From: an uncultured Acidobacteriota bacterium
GTDB taxonomy: Bacteria > Acidobacteriota > Polarisedimenticolia > J045
Reading direction: 5' to 3'
DNA length: 64,000 bases
Assembly: GCA_963702425.1 (NCBI GenBank)
Contig: CAVPCQ010000011.1
Coordinates: 1-64,000, forward strand
Below the pieces are notes generated by a model. It ran no database searches and was not told the DNA's origin. It saw nothing but the letters and a program-made list of their open reading frames with translations. Positions 47,369 through 57,345 of this stretch are shown one piece after another (the stretch's first letter is position 1; each line of letters opens with the position of its first letter). A program made the position numbers and the translations under genes.

Positions 47369-50300
47369 ATGACCCCGCCTGCCAGCGCCGCCCGTCGCGT
47401 GCCCCGCGCCGCGGCCTCCGCGATCGTCTCCCCGCTCCCCGTCGTCGCGCTGCTCGGGCTCCTGCTGCTGTCGGTCGGGTCGCCCGTTTCGGCCGCGTCT
47501 CCCGCCGCCGCCCCCCAGGCGCTCGCGATGCAGCCCGACCTGCTCGGTGACCTGGTCGCCTTCGTCCATGCCGAGGACATCTGGACCGTCCCGACGTCGG
47601 GCGGCATCGCCCGGCGGATCACCTTCCACGAGGGCGAGGAGAAGGCCCCCAAGTTCTCTCCCGACGGGAAGCTGATCGCGTTCACCGGGGAGTACGACGG
47701 CAACACCGACGTCTACGTGATGAACGCCGAGGGGGGGAACATCACGCGCCTGACCTGGCACCCCGGGGCGGACGAGGTGGTCGGCTGGCACCCGGTGAGC
47801 GGAAAGATCCTCTTCCGTTCGGGGCGCGACGCGTACAGCCGCTTCACGCGGCTCTACCTGGTCGCGCCGGACGGCACGGGGCTCGAGGCCCTGCCCCTGC
47901 CCGAGGCCGGCTGGGGCTCCTTCAACGGCGACGGCTCGCAGATCGCCTACACCCGTGTCGCGACCGAGGACCGGACCTGGAAGCGCTACCGGGGCGGACT
48001 CGCTCCCGACCTCTACCTCTACGACGTCCGCAGCGGGACCGATCGCCAGCTGACGAACGCGCGCGGGACCGAGCGCTTCCCGATGTGGATCGGCGACACG
48101 ATCTACTACGAAGCCGACCCGGACGGCGTGCTCAACCTGTTCGCCATCGATCCGAAGACCGGACAGAGCCGGCAGCTGACGCGCTACACCGACTACGACG
48201 TCGGCCGCCCGACGGAGGGGAGCGGGAAGATCGTCTACGACCGCGCCGGAGGGATCGAGATCTTCGACCCGGCGACCGGGCAGGCGAAGGCCGTCCCCTT
48301 CCAGGTTCTCGCCGACTCGCCCGAGACACGCCCCTATCTCAGGAACGTCAAGGAGTGGATCACCGGAATCGGGCTCTCGCCGGACGGCAACCGGGCCGTG
48401 GTCGTGGCGCGCGGCGAGATCTTCACCGTGCCGCGCGAGAAGGGCGTGATCCGGAACCTCTCGCAGGACTCCGGCACGCGCGACAAGGACGCCACCTGGT
48501 CGCCCGACGGCAAGCGGATCGCCTTCTTCTCCGACCGCACCGGCGAATACGAGATCTTCGTGACCGACCCGCTGGGCCAGGAGCCGCCGGTCCGGCTGAC
48601 GACCCACAAGGACGGCTACCGCTTCGCGCTGCGCTGGTCGCCGGACTCGAAGAAGCTGGCCTACACCGACCAGACCCTGACGCTCTCGTACATCGACGTC
48701 GACACGAAGGCCGTCACGAAGGTCGACAAGGCGGAGTACGAGGCGATGGATCTGGCGATCGACGCCAAGCCGGTCTTCGACCACGCCTGGTCGCCCGACT
48801 CACGCTACCTCGCCTACACGAAGATGGGCGAGGACCTGGTCAATCGGATCTGGGTCTACGGGCTCGAGATCGAAGGAGAAGAAGCCGGTAACCGGCGGCC
48901 CGCTCGAGAGCTTCGGGCCGGTCTTCTCGGAAGACGGCGAGCGGTTGTTCTTCGTCAGCAACCGCCGTTTCGACCCGACCTACAGCGACATGGACTTCGA
49001 GCTGGTCTACAAGAAGGTCGCGGGGATCTACGCGCTGGCACTGCAGGCGGGCGCAAAGCCGCTCTTCCCGCCGCAGACCGGCGACGAGGTGCCCGCGGTC
49101 GAGACGCCGGATGAGAAGGCCGGAAAAAAGCCGGACGGCGCCGCCCGGAAGGACGAGCCCGCGAAGCCCGCGCCCAGGACCATTGTCGACTTCGCCGGGA
49201 TCGAGGCGCGGGTCGAGCCGCTGCCGCTGCCGCGCGGCAACTACCGCCGGCTCGGGGCGGCGGGCGGCCTGCTCTTCTACCTCGACGGCGACGAGGGGGA
49301 CTTCAACCGCTTCGACATCCGGGAGCCGGGTGCGCGCGCGCTCAAGGCACTCGACCTTGCGAAGCGCAAGCCGCGCACCGTGCTGGAATCGGTCGAGGAC
49401 TACGCCCTTTCGTCCGACGGCAAGCGGCTGGTCTGGCGCAAGGGGAACGAGATCGGCATCGTCGACAGCTCGGCGGAGAACGCGAAGGCCGAGCCGATCG
49501 ACCTCTCCGGCCTGACGATGCAGCTCGACCCGCGCGCCGAATGGAAGCAGATCTACCGCGAGGTCTGGCGCATCGAGCGCGACTACTTCTACGACCCCGG
49601 GATGCACGGCCTGGACTGGGCCGCGATCGGTGCGAAGTACCAGCCGCTGATCGACGCCGCAACGAGCCGCGCCGAGGTCCGCTGGGTGATCGGCGAGCTG
49701 ATCGGCGAGCTGGCGACGTCCCACACCTACGTCTTCGGCGGCGACCGGCGGCGGCGGCCGGACCGGGTCGCGACCGGGATGCTGGGGGCCGACCTCGTCG
49801 CCGACCCGGCGAGCGGCCGCTGGCAGATCAAGCGGATCCTGCGCGCGCCCGACTGGACCGACGGCAACGTCCCGCCGCTGGCGGCGCCGGGGGTCGACGT
49901 GCGCGAAGGGGACTTCCTGCTGGCGGTGGACGGACGCGAGGTGACGACGGCGCACGAGGTCTACGCCGCATTCGAGGGGCTGGCCGGCAAGCCGGTACGG
50001 CTGACCGTGGCGGCGGACCCGAAGGGCAAGACCACGCGCGAGGCGGTCGTCGTCCCCTCGGACGACGAGTCCAAGTTCCGCTACCTCGACTGGCTCGAGC
50101 GCAACCGCAAGGCGGTGGACGAGGCCTCGGGCGGGAAGATCGGCTACCTGCACCTCCCCGACACCTTCACCGGCGCGGCGGAGATGTTCCCGCAGTACTG
50201 GTACGGACAGACGCAGAAGGAGGGGCTGATCGTCGACGGCCGCTTCAACGCCGGCGGGCTCGATCCCGACCCGTTCCTCAACCGGATGAACCTGCCGATC

Positions 50301-50735
50301 CTCTACTACTGGACGCGCCGCTACACCCACGACTACTCGACGCCGCTGGTCGCGACCCGGGCCCACAAGGCGCTGCTCACCAACCGCCAGGCCGGATCGG
50401 GCGGCGACATGCTGCCGGCCGAGTTCCAGCTCAAGAAGATGGGCCCGGTGATCGGCACCCGGACCTGGGGCGGCCTCGTCGGGATCTCGATGTTCACGCC
50501 GCTCGTCGACGGCGGCGGGATCACCGCGCCCGACTACCGCGTCTACTCGACCGACGGCAAGTGGGTAATCGAGAACGAAGGGGTCCAGCCCGACATCGTG
50601 GTCGACATCGACCCGGCCGGGATGCAGCGCGGCGTCGATGCCCAGCTGATGAAGGCGGTCGAGTACCTGATGGAGAAGATCCGCACCGAGCCGCCGCAGA
50701 AGCCGCCGCGGCCGGCGGCGCAGACGGCGCGGTAA
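47369..50735 (+). CDS. Tricorn-like S41 protease, split by a +1 frameshift near 48869
   Basis: PD40 propellers (FSPDGK, WSPDG), GELATSHTY, PDZ domain, DGRFNAGG, AGSGGD, GTRTWGG, IENEGVQPD. Removing one base restores GLE-SKEKKPVTGG. Confidence 0.93.
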
Positions 50736-50912
50736 TCGGGGACAGCAACCGTTAGCGGGTAAGCCGGCCGAATCGGGGACAGCAACCGTCAGCCGGTAAG
50801 TCCCCGGGAAGTCGACACCGGTCGGCCGAACGCGTCCACGGGCGGACATCTGCCGCCTCGGTTAAGCTGTCCCCCTTTTGACCGGCTAACCGACTAACGG
50901 TTGCTGTCCCCG
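50734..50912. repeat. MITE-like intergenic element with terminal inverted repeats
   Basis: Perfect 19 bp IR CGGGGACAGCAACCGTTAG (50737-55) / CTAACGGTTGCTGTCCCCG (50894-912). The left end is duplicated with a 37 bp period, and an extra GCTGTCCCC lies at about 50866. Confidence 0.75.
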
Positions 50913-50923
50913 TCGAGGTGTCG

Positions 50924-52597
50924 ATGCCCGAGTTCATCTACGTCATGAAGGACCTGCGCAAGGTCGTCCCGCCGAACCGCGAGATCCTGAAGGGGATCTG
51001 GCTGTCGTTCTTCTTCGGCGCGAAGATCGGCGTGCTGGGCGCCAACGGCGCCGGGAAAAGCTCCCTGCTGAAGGTCATGGCGGGGCTCGACCCGCAGTTC
51101 AACGGCGAGGCGTTCGCGGCCAAGGGGATCAAGGTCGGGATGCTGCAGCAGGAGCCGCAGCTCGACCCATCGAAGTCGGTCTTCGACAACGTCAGGGAAG
51201 GGGCCGCCGACAAGCTGGCGCTGATCGACCGCTTCAACGCGATCTCCGACCGCTTCGCCGAGCCGCTCGAGGCCGACGAGATGGACAAGCTGCTCGCCGA
51301 GCAGTCCGACCTGCAGGACAAGATCGACGCCCAGGGGCTGTGGGACCTCGACCAGAAGGTCGAGATGGCGATGGACGCGCTGCGCTGCCCGCCGGGCGAG
51401 GCCGAGGTCGCGAAGCTCTCCGGCGGCGAGAAGCGGCGCGTCTCGCTCTGCCGGCTGCTGCTCTCCCAGCCGGACCTGCTGCTGCTCGACGAACCGACGA
51501 ACCACCTCGACGCCGAGTCGGTGGCGTGGCTCGAGCACCACCTGGCGCAGTACCCCGGCACGGTCGTCGCGGTCACGCACGACCGCTACTTCCTCGACAA
51601 CGTCGCCGGCTGGATCCTCGAGCTCGACCGCGGCCAGGGGATTCCCTGGGAAGGGAACTACACCTCCTGGCTCGAGCAGAAGAAGAACCGCCTGGCGCTG
51701 GAGGAGAAGGCCCAGATGACCCGCCAGCGCACCCTCGAGCGCGAGCTGGAGTGGGTGCGGATGTCGCCGCGCGCGCGACAGGCCAAGGGGAAGGCGCGAC
51801 TCAACGCCTACGAGAAGCTGGTCGAGCAGGAACAGCAGAAGCTCCCCGAGTCGGTCGAGATCTACATCGCCCCGGCACCGCGCCTGGGCGACGTCGTGAT
51901 CGAGGCCGACCACCTGAACAAGGGCTACGGCGACAACCTGCTGATCGAGGACCTGACGTTCAAGCTGCCGCGCGGCGGGATCGTCGGGGTGATCGGCGCC
52001 AACGGCGCGGGCAAGACGACCCTCTTCCGGATGATCACGGGACAGGAGAAGCCGGACGGCGGGACGCTGCGCGTCGGCGAGACGGTCAAGCTGGCCTACG
52101 TCGACCAGAGCCGCGACGTGCTCAAGGACGACATGAGCGTCTACGACGCGATCTCCGAGGGGCAGGAGAACCTCGAGATCGGCGGCCGCACGATCAACGC
52201 GCGCGGCTTCGTCAGCTCGTTCAACTTCCGCGGGGCCGACCAGCAGAAGAAGCTGGCCACCCTCTCCGGCGGCGAGCGCAACCGGGTCCACCTGGCGCGG
52301 ATGCTCAAGTCGGGGTCCAACGTCCTGCTGCTCGACGAGCCGACCAACGACCTCGACGTCGACACGCTGCGCGCGCTCGAGGACGCGCTGCTCGACTACG
52401 CCGGCTGCGCGGTCGTGATCAGCCACGACCGCTGGTTCCTGAACCGGATCGCGACCCACATCCTGGCCTTCGAGGGGGACAGCCAGGTCACCTGGTTCGA
52501 AGGCAACTTCGACGACTACGAGGTCGACAAGAAGCGCCGGCTCGGCGCCACGGCGGACCAGCCACACCGGATCAAGTACCGCAAGTTCACGCGCTGA
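50924..52597 (+). CDS. ettA: Energy-dependent translational throttle ABC-F ATPase EttA
   Basis: LSFFFGAKIGVLGANGAGKS, two ABC domains, RELEWVRMSPRARQAKGKARL, HRIKYRK C-terminus. Confidence 0.96.
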   Translation: MPEFIYVMKDLRKVVPPNREILKGIWLSFFFGAKIGVLGANGAGKSSLLKVMAGLDPQFNGEAFAAKGIKVGMLQQEPQLDPSKSVFDNVREGAADKLALIDRFNAISDRFAEPLEADEMDKLLAEQSDLQDKIDAQGLWDLDQKVEMAMDALRCPPGEAEVAKLSGGEKRRVSLCRLLLSQPDLLLLDEPTNHLDAESVAWLEHHLAQYPGTVVAVTHDRYFLDNVAGWILELDRGQGIPWEGNYTSWLEQKKNRLALEEKAQMTRQRTLERELEWVRMSPRARQAKGKARLNAYEKLVEQEQQKLPESVEIYIAPAPRLGDVVIEADHLNKGYGDNLLIEDLTFKLPRGGIVGVIGANGAGKTTLFRMITGQEKPDGGTLRVGETVKLAYVDQSRDVLKDDMSVYDAISEGQENLEIGGRTINARGFVSSFNFRGADQQKKLATLSGGERNRVHLARMLKSGSNVLLLDEPTNDLDVDTLRALEDALLDYAGCAVVISHDRWFLNRIATHILAFEGDSQVTWFEGNFDDYEVDKKRRLGATADQPHRIKYRKFTR

Positions 52598-52607
52598 GGA
52601 CGGGCTG

Positions 52608-54433
52608 ATGCGACGCACGGCGGTGATTCTCGCACTCCTGGCGGCCACCGCGGCCTGCGGGAGGCCGAAGCCCGAAGGACCGTTGACGGTCGTGCTCGTC
52701 TCGATCGACACGCTGCGTGCGGATCGGATCGGTGCCTACGGACGCGCCAACGCCGGGACCCCGGCCATCGACGGGCTGGCGGAGCAGGGCGTGCGCTTCG
52801 ATCTCGCCCAGGCCACCGCGCCGGTCACGCTGCCGAGCCACACCTCGATGCTGACCGGCCGCTCGCTCCCGGCGCACGGCGTATACGACAACGGGACGTT
52901 CGCGCTCCCCGAGAGCGTACCGACGCTCGCCGAGGCACTGACACAGCGCGGCTTCAAGACCGCGGCCTTCGTCTCCTCCCCGGTCCTCGCGCGTCACTTC
53001 GGCCTCGCCCGCGGCTTTGCCGAGTATGACGACCGGATCAAGAGGACCACCAAGTCGATCCACTGGGAACAACGCTCGGGCGCCGACACCGTGACCCAGG
53101 CGCTCGCCTGGCTGGTGACTTCAGGGGAATGCGCCGGCCTTTCTGTGGGTCCACATGTTCGAGCCGCATCGCCCCTACACGCCGCCCGAGCCGTTTGCCT
53201 CCCGCTTTCCCGGCGACCCCTATCAGGCGGAGGTTGCGACGGCGGACGCCGCCGTCGGCCAGCTCCTCGAAGGACTCCGCGCCCTGGGTCGCGGCGGGAA
53301 TCTCCTCGTCGCAGTCGTCGCCGACCATGGAGAGGGGCTCGGCGATCACGGCGAGCCGACGCACGGGCTGTTTCTCTACGAAACGACGATGCGCGTGCCG
53401 CTTGTGCTCTGGGGACCGGCGTTCGGCATCGTACCGGGCAAGGTCGTCGATGCGCCGGTGAGCGTCGCCGACCTCACGCCGACGATCCTCGAGTTCGCCG
53501 GAGCACCCCCCTTCGCGGCCGTCGATGGGCTCTCGCTGGCGGGGATCGCGCGCGGCACCGTCGCAGCTCCCGCAGAGCGCGGCGTCTTCGCCGAGGCGCA
53601 CGCCCCGTCGATCGCCCACGGCTGGTCCGGGCTGCGCGCGCTCGTCCGGAGCCGCGAGAAGTTCATCGAGGCGCCGCGCCCGCAGCTCTTCGACCTCGCC
53701 AGCGATCCGGGGGAAACCAAGGACCTCGCCACCGATCGGCCGCAGGCAGTCCGCTACCGCCGCCGAGGCGCTCTCCGACCTCCTGCGCCGGGCGCTTGCC
53801 ATCGCACCGGCGCCCGGTGACGGCGTCCGGCGTGGTGAGTGCCGCCGATCACGATGCCCTGCGCGGCCTCGGATACGCTGCGACGGGATCGACGAGCAGC
53901 AGCCGCACGCTCGTCGATCCCTCCCGGAAGCCGACCCTCACGACCGGATCGCTTTCCTCAACCGGTTCGACGGTGCGGTTCGACTCGTGCAGCGCGGCGA
54001 AGCCCGAGAGGGAGCCGCGATCCTCGGCGAGCTTGCGGCGCTCGAGCCGGAGAACAAGGGAGTGCACTTCGAGTACGGCCAGGCCCTGATCCAGGCCGGC
54101 GATCTCGACCGCGCGCGCACGGTCTACGAGCAGCTCGTGGCCACGCATCCGGAGTCCGCGCTGGCCTGGTTCCGACTCGGGCAGCTGCGCGATCAGGCCG
54201 GCGATGCGCGGGGGGCCGAGGCCGCCTGGCGGAGCGGCGCCGCGGCCGACCCGCGCAACGGCGACGTCCTCAGGGCGCTCGCCAGCCTGCTCGCCGACCA
54301 GCGGCGCTACGACGAAGCGATCGCCGCAGCCGAGTCCGCGCTGGCGCTCGATCCAGAGGACAAGGGGATCCAGCGCGACATCGCAACCTGGTCAGCGGCG
54401 GGTGCCGCGGCGACGGGCCCGGCAAAGCGCTGA
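52608..54433 (+). CDS. Sulfatase-like lipoprotein with C-terminal TPRs, several frameshifts
   Basis: SIDTLRAD, PVTLPSHTSMLTG, (LWVH)MFEPH, ADHGEGLGDHGEPTHG, LFDLASDPGE, ALRGLGY, then TPRs. Frame changes near 53130, 53750, 53820 and 53935. Confidence 0.85.
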
Positions 54434-54567
54434 CCACGAGGCGGCGGACACGGGTTACACTGGCCCCGCGTCCAGGACCCGGGAATCCCGCGTGGGCGAC
54501 AGCCCCCCGCGCGTTCACGCGGTCGCGGCGCCGATCGCCCTTACCCTCGGCCCCAGGAGCGACGCCC

Positions 54568-55170
54568 ATGTCGGACCACGTGACCAGCGGACCTCACGGC
54601 ACGCGCGCGAACGGCGGCCTGACGTACGCGGACTACGCCGCGCTCCCCGACGACGGGCAACGCTACCAGCTCGTCGAGGGGGAACTCGTCATGACGCCGT
54701 CGCCGACCCGGTGGCACCAGCTCGTGATCGGTCTCATCCATGCCCGCCTCCACGAGTTCGTGGAGCAGCACGGTCTCGGCGAGGTGCTCATAGCCCCGCT
54801 CGACGTCGTGCTGGATGACCACAACGTCCTGCAGCCCGACGTGCTGTTCGTCTCCCATCAGCGCGCCGCGGCCCTTACCGACGCGAACATCCAGGGCGCG
54901 CCGGACCTCTGCGTCGAGGCACTGTCTCCCGGGACCGAACGCCTCGACCGGGTGCGGAAGCTGGCGCTCTACGCGCGCTTCGGCGTCCCCCATTACTGGA
55001 TCGTCGACGTTCGCGCGCGCTCGATCGAGGAGTACGCGTTGGTCGGGGAGGTCTACCGCGTGAGGAGCGTGACCGGCTTCCACGACGAGTTTCGCCCGGC
55101 CGCACCCGCCGGGTTCGTCTTCCGGCTCGATCAGGTCGCCCTTCCCGCGCCCCCGGACCTCACGGAGTAG
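54568..55170 (+). CDS. Uma2 (DUF820) family putative endonuclease
   Basis: LTYADY...RYQLVEGEL...HQ...QPDV...GAPDLCVEALSP...KLALYARFGVPHYWIVD. Confidence 0.92.
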   Translation: MSDHVTSGPHGTRANGGLTYADYAALPDDGQRYQLVEGELVMTPSPTRWHQLVIGLIHARLHEFVEQHGLGEVLIAPLDVVLDDHNVLQPDVLFVSHQRAAALTDANIQGAPDLCVEALSPGTERLDRVRKLALYARFGVPHYWIVDVRARSIEEYALVGEVYRVRSVTGFHDEFRPAAPAGFVFRLDQVALPAPPDLTE

Positions 55171-56534
55171 GCCGGCCCGCGCCGCGCGATGTAGATCACC
55201 AGCAGCACGGCGACCGCCCCGAGTCCCAGCGCCAGGCCGATCCAGATCCCGGGAAGTCCCCAGCCGAGCCCCGGCAGGCCCCAGGCCTCGCCCTGGAACG
55301 CGAGAAAGACCGCGAGCGGCAACCCCAGCACGTAGTAGCCGAAGAAGTTGAACCAGGCCGCGGGCCGGGTGTCGCCCAGCCCGCGCAGCACACCGCCGCC
55401 GACCGCCTGCGTCCCGTCGAAGACCTGGAACGCCGACGCGATCGGGAGGATCGCCGCCGCGAAGCCGATCGTCGCGGTCGCGCCGGCCGGCAGAAAGAGC
55501 GCCGGGAGCTGGAACCGGAACAGGGTGAAGGCCACGGCGAACAGTGCCATCGCCCCCGCCGCCATCCCGACCGCGACCCACGCCGCGCGCTGCGCTTCGC
55601 GCCGGTCCCCCGCGCCGACCAGGTTCCCGACGCGCGTCGAGCTGGCGTGCGAGATCCCCAGCGCGACCATGTACGAAAAGGCCGAGAGCTTGAGCACGAT
55701 CGTGTGCGCCGCCAGCTGGTCGGCGCCGAGCCACCCGGCGAACAGCCCCGCGATCGAGAAAGCCCAGACCTCGAGCCCGAGCTGCGCGCCGACCGGGATC
55801 CCGTACTCGAGGATCTCGCGCATCTCGCCCAGCTCGAACGCCGAGCGGCTCCAGGGGATCCAGGCCTCGCGGTGCAGCGCCAGCGCGACGATGATCCCGG
55901 CCATCGCCAGCGGCATCACGGTCCGCGTGATCCCGGTCGAGAGGCCGGAGCCGACCGCGCCCATCGCGGGCGCGCCCAGCTTGCCGTAAATGAAGACCCA
56001 GTTCAGGAAGGCGTTCATCACGTTGGCCAGGATCACGACCGCCAGCATCGGCAGCATGATGCCGCGCCCCTGCAGGTACTGGCGCATCGCGACGAAGACC
56101 AGGAACGGCGCCGGAGAGAAGATCTGGATCATCGTGTAGCGCTGGGCGACCTCGGCCAGCACGGGGTCCTGTCCGGCGAGGCGCAGGACCGGCCCGGTGA
56201 CCGCCCAGAGGGCCATGACCGGGAGCGACAGCAGCACCGCCAGCACCACGCCGCGCTGCAGCGCCGAGCCGGCGCGCGCCCCCTCCCCCGCCCCGTGAGC
56301 CTGCGACACGATCGGGTCGAGGCCCATCATGACCCCCTGCGCCACGAGCAGCGTGCCGTAGATCCAGAGGTCGCCCAGCGCGACGCCGGCCAGCGCCTCA
56401 GGCCCGAGGTGGCCGACCATCCACATGTCGACCAGCCCCAGCGACATCCAGCCGATCTGCGCCAGGACGACCGGCGTCGCCAGCCGCGCGATGACGGAGG
56501 TCTCGAGGGCGATGCTGTGGCGGCGGGAGGTCAT
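55131..56534 (-). CDS. MATE family efflux transporter
   Basis: LATPV...VDMWMVGHLG, LDPIVSQAHGA, FQVFDGTQAV, about 12 TMs. Confidence 0.93.
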   Translation of the reverse strand: MTSRRHSIALETSVIARLATPVVLAQIGWMSLGLVDMWMVGHLGPEALAGVALGDLWIYGTLLVAQGVMMGLDPIVSQAHGAGEGARAGSALQRGVVLAVLLSLPVMALWAVTGPVLRLAGQDPVLAEVAQRYTMIQIFSPAPFLVFVAMRQYLQGRGIMLPMLAVVILANVMNAFLNWVFIYGKLGAPAMGAVGSGLSTGITRTVMPLAMAGIIVALALHREAWIPWSRSAFELGEMREILEYGIPVGAQLGLEVWAFSIAGLFAGWLGADQLAAHTIVLKLSAFSYMVALGISHASSTRVGNLVGAGDRREAQRAAWVAVGMAAGAMALFAVAFTLFRFQLPALFLPAGATATIGFAAAILPIASAFQVFDGTQAVGGGVLRGLGDTRPAAWFNFFGYYVLGLPLAVFLAFQGEAWGLPGLGWGLPGIWIGLALGLGAVAVLLVIYIARRGPAYSVRSGGAGRAT

Positions 56535-56639
56535 CGGGGCGCAGGGGACCGGCAAAGGAGGGGGATTCTATCCCGCGGGCCCGCGGCCCTGCGCCGCGGT
56601 GCCGTGGACCCTCGCTGGGCGGTCGAGGAGAATGCGCAC

Positions 56640-57302
56640 ATGGTCTCCCTCCCCCGCGGCTCCGCCGACCGCCTCGTCGGCTTCCTGCTCTTCCTGCCGG
56701 TGCCGCTCGTGCTCTGGCTCTTCACGCGCGCACCGCTCGGCGTCGTCCCGTCGATCGGGCTGGGCGTGGTGATCATGCTGTCGCATCGGCTCTACGCCCG
56801 GCCGTGGGCGCTCGCGCACGCCGGTCGCCGCTGCCTGTGGTGCGGCGGGGCCGCCGCGGACGGTGCGCTCCCGGTCGAGGTGGCCGAGCCGCCCGGGCGG
56901 ACGGTCTGGCGCGCCTGCTCGACCCCGCACGCCGACCGGCTTCGGCGCACGCTCGGCTGGGCCGCGCGCCACCGGCCGCTGGTGCTGGGCGGGATCGGCG
57001 GGGCGATCCTGGCGCTGGTGGTCGGCGGCCCGCTCGCCGCCCGCGGGGGACTCGGGCCGGTCACCGTCCCGGACCTGTCGATCGCCTTCCGCACACTGGT
57101 CGCGCTGACCGTGCTGCCGCTCGCGCTGATCGGCCCGTTCTCGCGCGACCCGGGTCCGGAGCCGCCGCGCGTCCCGTTCCCGGTGCACATCCAGGCGCTG
57201 ATCGGGACGAACGCCGTGATGTGGCTGTTCCGGGTGGTGGGCGCGATCTGGCTGGCCCAGGGACTCGTCTACTGGATGTCGGAAGCGGCCCGGGGCCGGT
57301 GA
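56640..57302 (+). CDS. Hypothetical membrane protein with Cys/His motif
   Basis: GAGGAG RBS, about 5 TMs, loop with CLWC...CSTPH. Confidence 0.75.
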   Translation: MVSLPRGSADRLVGFLLFLPVPLVLWLFTRAPLGVVPSIGLGVVIMLSHRLYARPWALAHAGRRCLWCGGAAADGALPVEVAEPPGRTVWRACSTPHADRLRRTLGWAARHRPLVLGGIGGAILALVVGGPLAARGGLGPVTVPDLSIAFRTLVALTVLPLALIGPFSRDPGPEPPRVPFPVHIQALIGTNAVMWLFRVVGAIWLAQGLVYWMSEAARGR

Positions 57303-57345
57303 CCCGCGAAGGGTCACCGGCCCCGGCGCCATGGGACGGGATCGC

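Noticed and set aside
45425-48784. 1119 aa minus-strand ORF, and similar long R/G/P-rich ORFs such as 18643-21741 and 59966-63148
   Set aside because: GC-rich shadow frames. Only the last ~102 codons of this one (the cupin) are real.
50734-50800. Two 37 bp-period repeats as a possible CRISPR array
   Set aside because: Only two units, no unique spacers, no cas genes; part of an inverted-repeat element.
54568-55170. Uma2 nuclease as part of a defence island
   Set aside because: Solitary Uma2 genes are common, and no neighbouring defence genes are present.
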